Of a stretch of DNA of 64,000 nt, positions 1-12,688 are shown piece by piece. The DNA is taken from positions 29,065,611-29,129,610 of the forward strand of contig OZ316891.1 in NCBI GenBank assembly GCA_973895155.1, in the 5' to 3' direction. Each line of letters begins with the position of its first letter. Positions within the stretch are counted from its first letter, which is position 1. This DNA is from Marsupella aquatica (Eukaryota > Plantae > Marchantiophyta). A program made the translations under genes and the position numbers. The notes under the pieces are model-generated. The model made no database searches. It was given only the letters and a program-made list of their open reading frames with translations, and was not told the origin of the DNA.

Positions 1-145
1 CAACCGCCCGGAAGAGAGGGTAGCCCAGAGAGGGGAAAGCAAGGTTAGCCAATTCCATCCAAATGTGGACCATCATTAAAAGGATTCTCAATCTTTCCCA
101 CACAGCCGATAAGAACACGACTATCCACAGGGAAGAGGCACTCAC

Positions 146-565
146 TGCAGCTTTGGCGATGAGGAAACCGGCCTCCACGCCCACCTGTTGAACCTCCACC
201 TCGCTCTTTACCAACCGCCGCACTCTCGAAATGGGGAACGCCAATGTCGTCAGCGCGGCGGACTTGGTCGGCTTCCTGCTGCCGCCATTTGCAACAGCAG
301 CTGAGGACTTCCTCTTTTTCGTCGACCTAGCAGGCGAAGTGTGCCCATTCTCCACCTCTCTTTCCCCTTCGCCGTCCTCTTCATCCTCTTCCTCATTTCC
401 CACCTCCTCGTCCTCCTCTTCTTGCTCCTCCGCCTCCTCCGCCGACTCCTCCTCCTCTTCCTCCTGCTCCTCTCCTTCGGACGACCTTTGCGCCTCCTCC
501 TCCTCTTCTACTTCTTCTTCTTCCTCTCGTCTCCCGGATTCCGACTCAGAATCTGTGCCGCTCAT
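146..565 (-). CDS. Exon 1 of a histone-fold protein of the DPB3/NF-YC10/CHRAC family (DNA polymerase epsilon small subunit-like); gene continues off the left edge
   Basis: ATG at 565 has an in-frame upstream TAG. 140 codons: MSGTDSESESGRREEEEE... (long acidic tract), then basic KKRK, then LAFPISRVRRLVKSEVEVQQVGVEAGFLIAKAA (H2A-like NF-YC helix 1/2 pattern FPxxRVxxxxK), then a phase-0 GTGAGT donor at 145. Absent from the ORF track because the frame runs off the window. Confidence 0.8.
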
Positions 566-928
566 CCCGCCGTCTTCGTGGACCCGGTTGATGCACCTCC
601 ACCACTGCCACTACTGAATTGTGCACAACACCAACAATCTCTCGACCTCAAGGGATTCGTGCCCCACTCCACTCCACCGATTCAGAGCACACAGCTTCGA
701 CCTTCCACTTGGACGCCAATTGGGCTCATCCGCCACACCACCACTGCCGATGATACCGAATTGTTCACAACATCGACGTATGCAATTCGTCCCCTCTTCA
801 CCAATAATTCAGAGCAGAGCTTCGCCCTTCGACTTGGACGCGAGGCGGAGGCTTTCTCATTGTCGTTCAGCTATGCTCAGCCGAGTGGCATTTGCGTTAC
901 GAAATTCCTTTAGAGCTGTTGTCGACAG

Positions 929-930
<2 letters not shown>

Positions 931-968
<38 letters not shown>
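931..968. repeat. (CT)n/(GA)n microsatellite in the promoter/5' leader of the DPB3-like gene
   Basis: About 19 uninterrupted CT units. Confidence 0.95.
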
Positions 969-972
<4 letters not shown>

Positions 973-1348
973 GTGTGCGCATTGTGAAGAGAAGAACAGA
1001 GACTCCAGAACTGCGGGAGGGGCCATTCTACTGCGACCGAGACTGCGACTGAGACTGCGACTGTGAGGTATCGTTCCAGTTAGTACCGTAGTCGGGAACT
1101 TGGGCTCCACGTCGCGCAAGTTCTGTCGCGCAAAATACTTGATGGACCCCTCTAGGTAAAGACATTACTTACGAACCCCTCACTTTTCAAATATAGTTAA
1201 TGGGCCCCTTGTCTCTGCAACCCTTTCTCATGACTTGTGTGGTTATTTTTTCATGTTTTAATTGTAACATGATCCTACAATTATCTACGTCAGTCCACTA
1301 AATGTATTCTCTAGAAGCAATTTTCAGTGTACACTTGCTTAAAGATAA

Positions 1349-1465
1349 GTAGATAACGTATGTACCAAATATTTAGCCCTTGTCACTCCCATATTCATTT
1401 TTTTAATATGTAGATAAGGCATGTACCAATTATTTAGCCCTTGTCAGTCCTGTATTCACTTTTTT
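1349..1465. repeat. ~61-bp tandem duplication (2 copies)
   Basis: gtagataa..atgtaccaa.tatttagcccttgtca.tcc..tattca occurs at ~1349 and ~1410. Confidence 0.8.
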
Positions 1466-3042
1466 CATGTTTTGAAATACTTGTGCAAGCTAACTAATAC
1501 TTTAAGGTATGTAATATTTACTCTCTTTAGTTATTCCATCTCAATTTTTGGCAGTACTCACACCTGAGTATTTCTCCAAAGCATAGTCTTACCACCTCCA
1601 TGAAGGCTGGAAAAACTGTTTGCACAACCTCAGGCAAAAGAGACCTTGCCTGACAGAGGCAAATCTGAAAGGAGAGGACCCCATCCTCCACTTATGACGT
1701 GGTCAAAGAGGATGGGTTAAAGATCCACAATAAAAGGAGAGGCCAAGGAGTGCCTCTATGTACCCCCCAAAACTAATTTATCTGGGTACACATGTCAGGA
1801 GGCTCACAATTTTTCCAAGCTGACTCCGCTGACCGTCAAAGTTGTGAGAATGAGGGAGGGAGACCAAATTGCAAGAGTTTTTGCTCCTAGACAGTGAGTA
1901 GTAACTCTTTATTGGTTTACTTGAATAATCATTATTTTGGGGCACAAGCAGGACATAGGTGCCCAAGGAAAGGACATAAAAGTCATAGCCTCAATCTCCC
2001 AGGTTGTGCCTAGCCACCCCGAAAAGGGAGAAAACTCTGACTTTAAAGAAATCATTGTAGGTAAGAATGAGGCTGGAGGGGGTTATTGGGTGTAAGGGTG
2101 GTGAGCCTGAGGGGGTTACAGTCCATAACCCCCAAACAGTCAGTGGGTTACGGAGCTGGGTTACAGAGGGGTTATGGGAGCATCAACCCTACTTTTGAAT
2201 CTTCAAAACAATGCTTGGGAGGAGTCTCAACTTTGATACATGCAAGTAATACAGAGATTAAATCAGAGATCCTTGGGGCTTAAATCAATCGTGGGGGCAG
2301 GCTGGCTACCTCGATCGGGGTCTCACATTATGGAGCCCTGTCCTAATGTGTGACTTTTTGAAGGCTCAGACACCCTAAACTTTTTTTTTCCATATTGGAA
2401 TGTTCCAAACTGGCTAAAAAGATATATTTTTTCTTGTAAGTCTTACAAATTGGATTTAAAAACCCCAAATATTCTTTCACAAAACATTCAAAGTATTCCC
2501 TTGAACCCAATAATAGACCCGATGTTTCATTGTAAGCAATGTGTCATTTTTGCGGATGTGATACCCCGAGCTGGCTAGGAGGTTATGGCCAATAACCTCC
2601 AATGAAAATACAAAGTAAGGTTCACAAGGAGGGTTTACATCTGGCCTATTCTTTGCAATTGAGGTTTCAAGTAGGAGGTTATGAACACACCCATTCTTTG
2701 CAACTGAGGTTTGCACTACAAGGTTATATGAACAAACGTCTCAATCTGTTTGGCATTGTGGGAGGAAGAGTTCAGACTGATAAATGCATTCTTTTGTTAT
2801 TGAAGGGTACTCTGCATGCATGTTATTATGGATCTGTTTTTGACAGTGGACAGAAGTTGTTGGAACAGATCCTTTCTCTATGGAGTCTAGAAGGCTGCTG
2901 ATTGACATCCAAAGCTGAATTGGAGGTGAGGATATGACTACATTTTGGCATACAATTCACTCTCGTGTGAACCATCGGCAAACCATCACCGGTTGATGGG
3001 TCGCTTTGGCAAAGTGATGTTACACCATGAATGCTGCAATAT

Positions 3043-3590
3043 TGTCGTCCAGCAATAAAACTTGTCTGCTGCTTAGAAACAAGCCCAGGCACCACTGGCT
3101 TCAGCCGATCGGACAGAATCTTGGCTGCAAGCTTGTGAGCCATAGTCAGCATCGTCAATGGGCGCCAATTCTTCAGGAATTGTGTGTCATCGTTCTAAGG
3201 TATCACTTTGGTGACCCCGGTTGCAGCACAGGAGGTAAGTAATCCATCGTTCCCGAAGAGGTGCATCAATGCATCATGGCCACACAATCTTCCAAGTCCA
3301 AGTCCAACACATTTGGAGAACCTCGGCCGATTTCTCCGTAGGAAAGCTCATAACCACATTGGTTATCTCATCCTCTGTGAGTTCGATGACCAGAGATGAG
3401 CTTCAGTAACTCTTTGCGTGATCAAACTGAAGACTTCGTTGTGGAGCTCGGCCACTTTCAGCTGAAAATCGGGGTCAGAAGTGAATACGTTGGAATAGTA
3501 ATCACCCAGTTCGTCCATGATCTGGCCCTCATGCTCTATGATCTCCCCGTTGTCAAATTGGATGAGCTTGATGTTCCCGGCTCTGTTTAC
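3043..3590 (-). mobile_element. Degenerate L1-type LINE fragment (linker plus N-terminal reverse transcriptase region)
   Basis: Minus-strand translation NIKLIQFDNGEIIEHEGQIMDELGDYYSNVF... / EDEITNVVMSFPTEKS / KVIP*NDDTQFLKNWRPLTMLTMAHKLAAKILSDRLKPVVPGLVSKQQTSFIAGR matches the L1 ORF2 motifs NWRPI/L, KILxxRL and QxxFIxGR. Contains frameshifts and a stop. Confidence 0.85.
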
Positions 3591-4850
3591 CGGTCATTTG
3601 AATGAAAAAATATCGAGAGGGATTATCTTAATTCCAATCAACATATTGCTTTTGGAATGCCAACCACGTTATATTTCTGGAATGTTATCTACTATTGATA
3701 TTTCTTTCATATGCATATTCACATTTTTTTAAGTTCTCTTATTGCAAAAATGTTTGGTCCATCTGGGTCAGATGTGGTGGTACACTGGGGTATAAAACTA
3801 AAGGTCCAGTTGCTCTACTGTGTTGTATCTCTAACTACAATTTTTAGCCTAACGTGGCATTTGGCAAGTGGTCAAGGCAACTTGAATGAACCACGTATCC
3901 TTAAACCATGCCACTCCCAGGTCAAACCTGGTGATACCAGCTTTCACTGTCAATAACATCTTTTGTCTGAAAGTGTGTAGAATACTGGCATAGCTGAGGA
4001 GATAATGGGGAAAAAGAGGAAAGGTTTGGACTCTTCCCTTATATTCTGGTAGTGGTGGTTAAGTGGGGACTTTGCATAGCGTGGTTATCGTCGAACCATT
4101 TCCCCAAGAGAAAGTCACTCGGATCGTTAGGCCTGAACTCAAAAATGGATGCATCTTCACTCGAGAGAATCTGCTGTAACTATTCTCTCACACGTCAATT
4201 CCAACCCTTGAGCAATAAGCATGTTCTCGCCAGGGTGAAGTCTATTAGTTTGGCTAATGGTTGGGTGAAAGGGAACCAGAAAACTCGTGGATCAAATGAG
4301 GATGGAATCAAATCTGCCAGTCCTAATGTACATCTCCTTACACTCTTTGGAATGAGTACTATTCCAATCACAATTTCTAACGAAAACATGGATCCCAAAG
4401 TTCTAGTGAAATACCGACCAAAAGAACATACGCACGTATTCCCGCAAGGATCGAGAAGGTCGCCATTCTAACAGCAAATGCCATATTATATTGTATCTTT
4501 GTTAGTCGGAAAGTCATCTGAACTGGAAACTGATTTTAGAGTACATATGAGAAGAATTGCAGTTGTACGCAGATGCTTGCCAATCTTACCAATCTCGTCA
4601 AAGATCCCATACTTCACTTTGAAGACTCCATACTTTTCAAGACCACACGGTATCATTTTCTTCTAAAGGTGTAATGCTACAATTGAATCCCCTGAGGATG
4701 TCATGGTTGTCCATCGTTGTTCAGCAGCCTTACCCTTGGGACGGTGTGAAGCTCTTTAACACATTGCAGTTTATACGCATTTCGACTACTGTCCAGGTTT
4801 CTCAGCCAACCAAAGATGTCTGTGGTAAGTTTACAATTTGTCATGTAGGC

Positions 4851-5100
4851 TAGCACATTCGTCGAGGTTGGAAAACTTCATAGTTTGACATTTCGGTTAT
4901 TGTCTGAGTGTCCAATCGAACTTCAAGTTGCCAAAAATTCGCTCAGAGTATTGTACACATTCGTTGAGGTCAGTAACTTCGTGGATTTGCCATGTCAGCC
5001 ACCGTCCCAGTGTCCTATAGATATTCAAGTTGCCAAGACGTTTCTCGGAGTATTTAACACCTCCGTTGAGGTTGAAAACTTCATAGATTTGAAATGCTCA
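4851..5100. repeat. Degenerate ~102-bp tandem repeat, about 2.4 copies
   Basis: cattcgt(t/c)gagg..aaacttc(a/g)t...tttg and ttcaagttgccaa recur at ~102-bp spacing. Confidence 0.7.
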
Positions 5101-6411
5101 CAGTATTGAACACCTCGTAGACAGATGCTGCCTCGATAAATCAGGTAAGAGTTTTCCTCATCTTTTCTAGTTTCATTTCCAGTAAAATATAAGAAGCCTT
5201 GATAAAAAGCAGCATATCAATTCGAGGATGAGAGCTGAATACCTCAACGCAAAAAGTTGGTGGGTAGACTCGGGCCGATCAATTGCACTCTTTTTCTTGG
5301 GGGCTCTTTCTGGGCTCTTTTAGGGTCCGCTTTCATGATACCTGTGTCTCTTGTCTGTTCTTGGGGTATCAGTGGCCCGGAAAATCATCAGTTGAATGCG
5401 TGCCTCGTACATAGAATCCAGCAGGGCCCAAATTAAACAGGCTTTCTATAGTCTTGCTCTTATGATATGATGCATTGACTTCCGTGAGTTGAAAACCAAT
5501 ATGTATTCTATTGCCGGCGAGTTTTTCGGGTAGAGGGAACAAGGGATAGTTCTCGCAGAGCGGTAGCACCGGTACTGGTCTCCGGTCTCTTTTCAAAGTT
5601 GAATAGCAACTTTCTCATTGAACCACCCATAGAACTTGAATTAGTTTCAGACTCTTGTAGGAGATCCTTAATTGAGGATGATGCATATGAACCAACAGAT
5701 CTTACAACATTCCACAACTTTCCTGTTAACTGCGCGGACGTTGACAAGGGTGGCGGCGGTAGCAGGCACAGCACACCTGTGGACAAAGGCAATGCATGGT
5801 TTAAACCTATCAAAGCATGGTGCACCAAAAGAGGATTCTGCTGACAGTCTGGGAGTCCACTACGAGCTGACTTGGGGCAATCAAGGTGTGGAAGAATAAG
5901 CGTCCCCTACGTTATCTCTGAAGGTGATGTCCTGAGTCGTAGTTGAGAGGTGTTGGTGGTTATTTGTGAGATTTCAGTGAAGAGAGGGGTTAGTCGCAAT
6001 TGTCAGAATTCAGGTAACCCCATTCAGCGAACCCTTGGGAAAACAAAATTCAACAAGGTATCCTCGTTAAACAGTCCCTACTTGTCCTCCGTGACCTATA
6101 GACAACCCTTGGTGTTTCGAGATGAACTTGCACTACTGGACTTCGACTATGTAAAATAGGTTTCTGTGGACAGCACCAGGCAAACCCGGTAAACCCGGTA
6201 AAGCATAACATCCAAAGCCGAGAAAACCAGGAACAAAAGTGATGAAAAACCCCAAACCCGAGAGGGTCGCTTGGCAAGTGTAACCAAGATCAGTTGCTTG
6301 ACAATAAAACTTTAAGGGGACAAAACTGTATTCGAGCAAAAATTGTCTATCTTCACTACTCGAGGTAACTCTGATTGATTTAGTCCACTCTTAAGTCTTT
6401 GGACTGCATTG

Positions 6412-9400
6412 TTACGTTTTTTTCTTCGTACCTTTCTCCTCTCTTTTCCTCTTCCCTCCAGCTGGGACTATAGCGCCAGTATTACCGTGTGAGGCCAACT
6501 TCCTGGCTGCAACTGCAGGTCGTTTATGAAGAACACTATTCTTTCCAGTCTTGCCCGACTTCGAGGATTTGCCTTTTTCATTAGATTTTCCCTCATTTGA
6601 TGTTCGGGTTGGCCCTGTTGCTTTTCCTGGTCGTCCGTCAACTTTGCTTGCTCTTGTTCCTTCGTAGGACAATACGCTTCTTTTACTAATGCGCTCCTCA
6701 GCTCCTGATCTTGGTTTTGATCTGTACCCTCCTGAACTGTTCTTTGCAGACAGATTGCCCCCAGTCGGCTTCTTCTGGAACCCAAACCGAATTATGCGAA
6801 GCTGTCTATTCCTTAGTCTCGTGAATTCTGCATTGTCTAGAGCAGTTGTGGCACCAACCTGACAACAAAGAAATATGAATAACAGAACTTGGAAACACTC
6901 CACCGGACCCTGCTCCAGTATGAAATGCAGGTTCAAAACAATCACATCCGTATCCAAGGTAGTGAATCTTAATAATCATAATGGAATACCATTTTAAAAT
7001 ATAGGTGATAAAATTCTCACGAACAGGTCAGTCCATCCAGGTAATACCTTCTTCTTGAAACAAACAAAAGCAAAGCCTTTCCCGATGCTAGTTTGCGGAT
7101 CTCTTACGACCCGAACGGCCTCCACCTCCAGATCTGGACTCTTGCCTTGAAATAGTGAATAAACGTCCTCATCCTGTACAAACACAATCTCACCTCTCCA
7201 ATGTTAGCCTCAAAAAACAAGATAGGCATAGAAGTAGCATGATATCAGCCAAGATGACACCTTCAACATTTAATGCCTATCCTGCCTAACAAGTCCAATT
7301 GGTTATTGTAACCTACATATCAAGACGTACATGGTGAAACGAAGGCTTATGGAGAGTCTTTAGGATACGGCACGACATCCCGATAATGCTAGTGTGCAGG
7401 TGAACATGATCAAAACACTTCGAAAATTGGGGTTCAATTGAACCACAAAATAACGGTTAGGAGGTCAACTGCAACTCATACGACCAAAACTTACTCTTTG
7501 GCTTGAGAGTGCAGCTGCAACCTATACGACCAAAATTTACTCACTGGCTTGAGAGTGCAGCAGAAGTTTCTTATAACCAGGGAGACTTCTTCCTAGTATG
7601 AAGAGCACTAAATAATAGATCCGAGTTTGTTTCCATCTCAGGAGGAAACGACGAGACTTCTGTTGGAAGGGCGCAACTACCATACAAATTTATCACGTTG
7701 ATCAGAGACAACTAGGCGCCATGCAGATTTTACCCAAGGGGCGATGCCGTCCTTTCCTTCCCAGTGATTGTGGCATAGAGGTCCAGGATCGAACAAAGAT
7801 ATACCTCCACATCAAACGGAAGATTTCCAACAAAAATCGACCGTGAACGATCGTACTCGATTCCTGATTCACCAATCTTGTCGCCCTTGCGCGGGGCTGT
7901 TGCCATGTCCACACGAATATGTTTCCCATGAAACTGCACATGCGAAAACGAACCCAGAAATTGTCAACGACAAGCTTGGACCTGACATATTGGAGCTCCA
8001 CCGAAGCTATAAACTAAGCTTCAGTATGAAATTACTACGTGAAACCATTGACAGCACCTTGAAGCAATACTTCCACAAGAAAAGACGATTTAACAGACAA
8101 CAAAAGACAAAATGCCAGAATGAACTAAACACTCCATATACCATTAAATCTCTAGTTTTGAAACTCCAGTCGTGTTTAACAAAGCATACCTCTGTCATGT
8201 TGTGCGCTAATGCAGCCTTAGCTGACTCCTCCTTGTGAAAGACCACATATCCGTTCAGGCTGAGCCACAGTTTCACACGAGGGAAAACACATTTCTCAAA
8301 TAATCGGCAAGACTTGATTTGTCAAATCATTTTTCTTTCATCCTCTACTATACCGCGTGTTCCACTCAAAATAGTCTTTCACCCCTTCCAACTTGTTTAA
8401 GACTACGATCACGAACTAACCAATCTACATATGCCACCGAATATTGAATTCAATGGCAGAAATGATTTCACTGTGTTTCTTAAGCTTGCAAAGACACTCG
8501 TGAAAATACGGACACGAATAATTGTGCTCGGTAGGTCCGACACTGTTAGTTGTGCCAGAAGATAACATTGATGAAATAGTCAAAGGAGCAACTCTAGCAA
8601 ACCGATAGCACATTGAACAAACGTAGTAGGCTTCTGAACACTAACCTGGAACGTGACTCGTTCAGCTGCCCCGTGATGACGGCCGCTTTCCGTGGCATTT
8701 TCGTCTGCACAAGACGTACAAGCCATGCAACGCAAATTAGGACAACCTAGCACAGGAAACTTGCTAACTTAAGTGCGGCATTTGTATATGAAATTGGACA
8801 ATTATGCGTGCCACGATGATACATTCACACGAAAGAGTTATCCAAAGGTGAGATTACAAGATGCACTACAAAATCAATAAGGTTATTTGGAAGGCCAACG
8901 TTGCCTCAAATTACTGAGGTAAAATCATCGAAGATTGGACCGTCGGATCTCAGGAGATATCCAAGATAGACTGCTTCAGAAGGGAGAGGACTTACATCCA
9001 CGAGAGGCACGGATCGCAGACGAGCAGATTCCACTTCTCCAAATTGAGAAAACTCACGTAACAGCTGCTTAGGCTTCACGCTCACCGGTAAATTCCCTAC
9101 AAAAATGGTCCTTTTTAATCGTTCCTCGTTGTCTATATGTTCCTCCTTCGTCCTCTTCCTGTTCTTCTTGGCTCCACTGGCAGCATTATCTTCATCATCG
9201 TCGGAACTTAATTTTCGTTTCCCTCTAAATCGTTCTGCCGGTTCCGTGGCCGCAACGCCACCCTGTTCTGCATCACCCTTTTGTCCCTTCGCATTCTCCT
9301 TCCCGTCAACCGTTCCACGCCTCTTTCTCTCATACAGCTCCTCCACATTGCTATCCTTCTTCCTCTTCGATCCTAACCGTGTCTCCATTACAGATGCAGA

Positions 9401-10342
9401 AGCAGATGGAGGGGCCCCAGCTACCTGTTCTTCCTCCTGGCCCTTGTTCGGTAGAAGACTCTCTGACCCGATGTCCTCTAATCTCTTCGTCTTCTTCTTA
9501 TGCTTCTCTTCTCCCCCATCAGCCTCTTGAGGCCCCCTCTTTGCTGTTGGCTTCAAACTCTTCTCTCCTCCCAAATCTTCTCGTTCATCCATTCCAGCGG
9601 ACGTTTTCTCCAATTTGCTCTCCATGTGTGCAATTCCTGTTGAGAAGAGAAGATCCTCATTTAGCCGTTTCTTCATATTGCGAGCACTCTGTCTTAAACC
9701 CTGCTGCGGCTCAGAGTCTGTACCCTTCTTTATTTTCTTCTTCGATTCTGTGCCTTTTGTACGATCGAGCCCGGCGGCCTCTTCCTCTGCATTTGCATCA
9801 CCAGAAGCTTCTAGCTCTGACTTCCGTTTGCGACTGTCGCTGGATCCGCTCGTCATATTCTCGTCACCGGCGATCTCTTGCACAGATTTAGTCTTCCTCC
9901 TCTTCTTTTCGCTCACAACCTCGTCATCTGCCCTCTTTACTTTCTTCATCTTCTCTTGACTGCTCTCAGAAATCTTCTCCTCAGACACTGTGGTGGTTGA
10001 GGCATCTCCTTTATCCTGTTCTTCAGGCAAATCCCCTGCTGTATTCTCCAAAACGGCTTTCAAACCTGCTGCCTTCTTCATCTTCTTCTTCTGTCCTATA
10101 CCCTCCAACTCATCTTGGCCGGAAACACCAACTTCATCATTCACAGCATTTTTCGATGGTCCATCAAACCCCACGTCGTTCTCCCTCTCCCCACTCGCAT
10201 CCCCCTCAGTCGATAATGTTGTGTCGTTCTTTCTCCGAAATGGGTTGTTGGTGAAAATGGAGAGGCCATTCGAAAAGCCGCCGAAGAGGCTCTCGAAAAT
10301 ACTCGAACCTTCCGCTGTTACTTCTGATTTCTCCGCCATCAT
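6412..10342 (-). CDS. RBM34: RBM34/Nop12-like nucleolar RNA-binding protein with two RRMs, ~725 aa; exons 10342-8996, 8704-8646, 8259-8190, 7933-7805, 7173-7048, 6858-6412
   Basis: All five introns are GT-AG and the frame is preserved. RRM1: RTIFVGNLP...FGEVESARLRSVPLVDTKMPRKAAV...NGYVVF. RRM2: RSIFVGNLPFDVEDEDV...VEAVRVVRDPQTSIGKGFAFVCF. K/E-rich N-terminus and basic C-terminal tail containing GKRPAVAARK-like KRPAVAARK. Confidence 0.92.
7470..7561. repeat. 46-bp tandem duplication inside RBM34 intron 4
   Basis: tgcaac..atacgaccaaaa.ttactc..tggcttgagagtgcagc x2. Confidence 0.85.
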
Positions 10343-11016
10343 CGAATGCTTTTCGCTTCCCCACCTGAGGACCTTCTCTCCCTCCCCCACTGCTGGCAAA
10401 GAATTCCTTCTAATATTTCTTCCGCACCATCTCCTGGCGAGGCCAATGGACTAATTTTGGCAACGGCAATGCCTTCTTAACCCAGCACAATCCAGAATAC
10501 GCCACCTGCCCAAACGGCTACCACCACGACCTAAAGAGGCATCAAGCTCAGGTTCATTCGCCTCCTGTCTCACTGCGTGTCTCCGTTCACTTCACTCGGT
10601 CGCGTGTCTGCCTCACAACCAAAAGCTAACGAGACAGTAAATCCTACTTGCCGCTGTGTTTCTACTGTTTCTCCACTCGTTGATTGTCTCCTCCTGTACC
10701 AATTCAATTTTCATGACTCAATTGAAAAAACCTTCGTGGCGAAAACCTCGCTAAAAAATCTCAACTCAAAAGTGTGACCTAACCATTCCTCGAAGGAAGT
10801 GATGAAAACCTACCCGCAAGACAGAATCCCTCTACGCAAACGAGCCACCCTTCCGTCCACCCATTTTTCTGGAACAAAAGCCCTCCCCCCAAGCCCTGTC
10901 GTGACAAAAATAAAATCAGGACTTCAGGAGCTCGGGAATAAATTCCTAGGAAACGAAATTAGACAAAAGTTCACACTTCAACTAAGAATGAGAACAAGCA
11001 GGAACGAAGTCCTTCC

Positions 11017-11510
11017 ATTCCAATGTAACGCAACCCCGGACAAGAATCAACTGTCACCAAACCTGACTCCCTGAACAAATCGCACTCCTCACAAATTCTC
11101 ATAATGCTTCAGAAAGAAAGGAACCAAGGAACGTTACAGGCATCCGCAAACCAGAGCTACCGCTCCCCAGCACCTATTCGAGCGAGGGAGAAATTCATCG
11201 CAATCCAGTGTAACGCAACACACGATGACGACTCATCTCTGGCTACAACCAGTCTCTCTGAACAAATCGAATTCCTCTCAAATTCCCACAATGCTTCAGA
11301 AAGAAAGGAAGGAAGGAATGTTACAAGCAGCCGCCAAACAGAGCTGCCGCCTCCCAGTTCAACACTTCCACCACCTATTCGAGCGAGGAAAAATTCATCG
11401 GAATCCAATGTGACGCAGCACACATTGAGGAACCATCTCTGGCTACAACTCGTGTCCCTGAACAAATCAATCCCCTCGGAGAAATCTGCAAAGCTTCAGC
11501 AAGGAAGGAA
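11017..11510. repeat. ~185-200-bp degenerate tandem repeat (about 2.6 copies) upstream of the RBM34 ATG, probably inside a 5'UTR intron
   Basis: tcca(a/g)tgt(a/g)acgca at ~11019, ~11204 and ~11404; ctgaacaaatc, aatgcttcagaaagaaaggaa and cacctattcgagcgagg also recur. Confidence 0.8.
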
Positions 11511-12688
11511 TGACGGAGCCGCCGAAGAGAAACTAAAGCTGTCTGTAGGGGACAAAGTCTTTCGTCATCTCCCGTGAGGAACAGCGAAGGGTTGTTACTA
11601 CTCGACCACCTTTGTTCCGAGTCTCACCCATTCGGGGGCGGCGCATGGAACCGGACCACCCCATTTGGCTGGCCACGGCACCCAGCCTGAGGTCTGTGTG
11701 TAGCTCCGGGCTCCCGTGCGTTTCTTTGCCGAACCGAAACTCGGGGCGCACCTGAGAATAGACGTGCCTCCTGATTGGCAGGAGTCGTTCCGAGCCTTGG
11801 TAGGGGCGACCCTACCCTTACCTCGGGCCCGGGTGCTGAGATCTGACGGGCTGCCGAAAAATAACTGAATTTTCGAGTTATGCCGCGGGCGATGGTTTGT
11901 GGAGATTGTGAAAAAATGAGCGGCTGGGATGGATCGAGCAACAGCGTGTTTGGGAGGGGTTTTACAGTACCAGCATTTACAGGGAAAGTATAACTGTGTT
12001 TTACACCTGTCGTAAAACCCAGTTTACACTTTCCTTATGTGTATAATGTCAGCCCTGGATACTTGCAATCACTCTGCTAGTCCACACAATAAGTAATGAA
12101 AGCTGATGCTTGACTTGAGCAAGGTTTGACCTCGGGACTCCGATGAACCACGCACAAATTGACACCCAAATTGCTGTGCATTGACACAAAGGAAAGGTGC
12201 TATCTGAGTATGAAGTGACATGTCAGATTGGTCCATGCAAGTTGTGAGATCTCTCCGACCATCTTGTTTAAACATTCTGATATATTTTAAAATACATAAT
12301 TAGACCATGTGTACTTTTTCTAGATATAGCTATACACAAGTTTACACTATTTACATATGCCTCTAAAGGAACAAGATTACATAACCAAGAGGCCCTCGAA
12401 CTAATTTGGTGGATTTATGCTTGGTAACCCATCGGACTCCCTTTTGGGGGTCATGGCCTTCAACCCCATTGAAGGCCTGGGTTCCCCTACTCAAAGCCAC
12501 GGCTCTTCCACAAAACACAACATGTCCTTCCACTGGTCATTGCAATTGTCCACAAGAAAATGTGGCTTGTCATGGTTTGCATCAGGATACAACATTATTT
12601 GTGCCTGTTGTGTCAAATGTACACACCCACAGCTTTGAGATTTGTCATTTGCCTTTGCCTAGCCGTGACTATAGACTGGAACTGCGTT

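Noticed and set aside
231-913. Ser-rich and Leu-rich + strand ORFs
   Set aside because: Antisense shadows of the Glu-rich DPB3-like exon
1110-1135. E2F sites upstream of the DPB3-like gene
   Set aside because: GTCGCGCAA does not match the TTTSSCGC / WTTSSCSS consensus, so it is not called as a feature
9105-10454. Several F/S-rich + strand ORFs
   Set aside because: Antisense to the K/E-rich RBM34 exon 1
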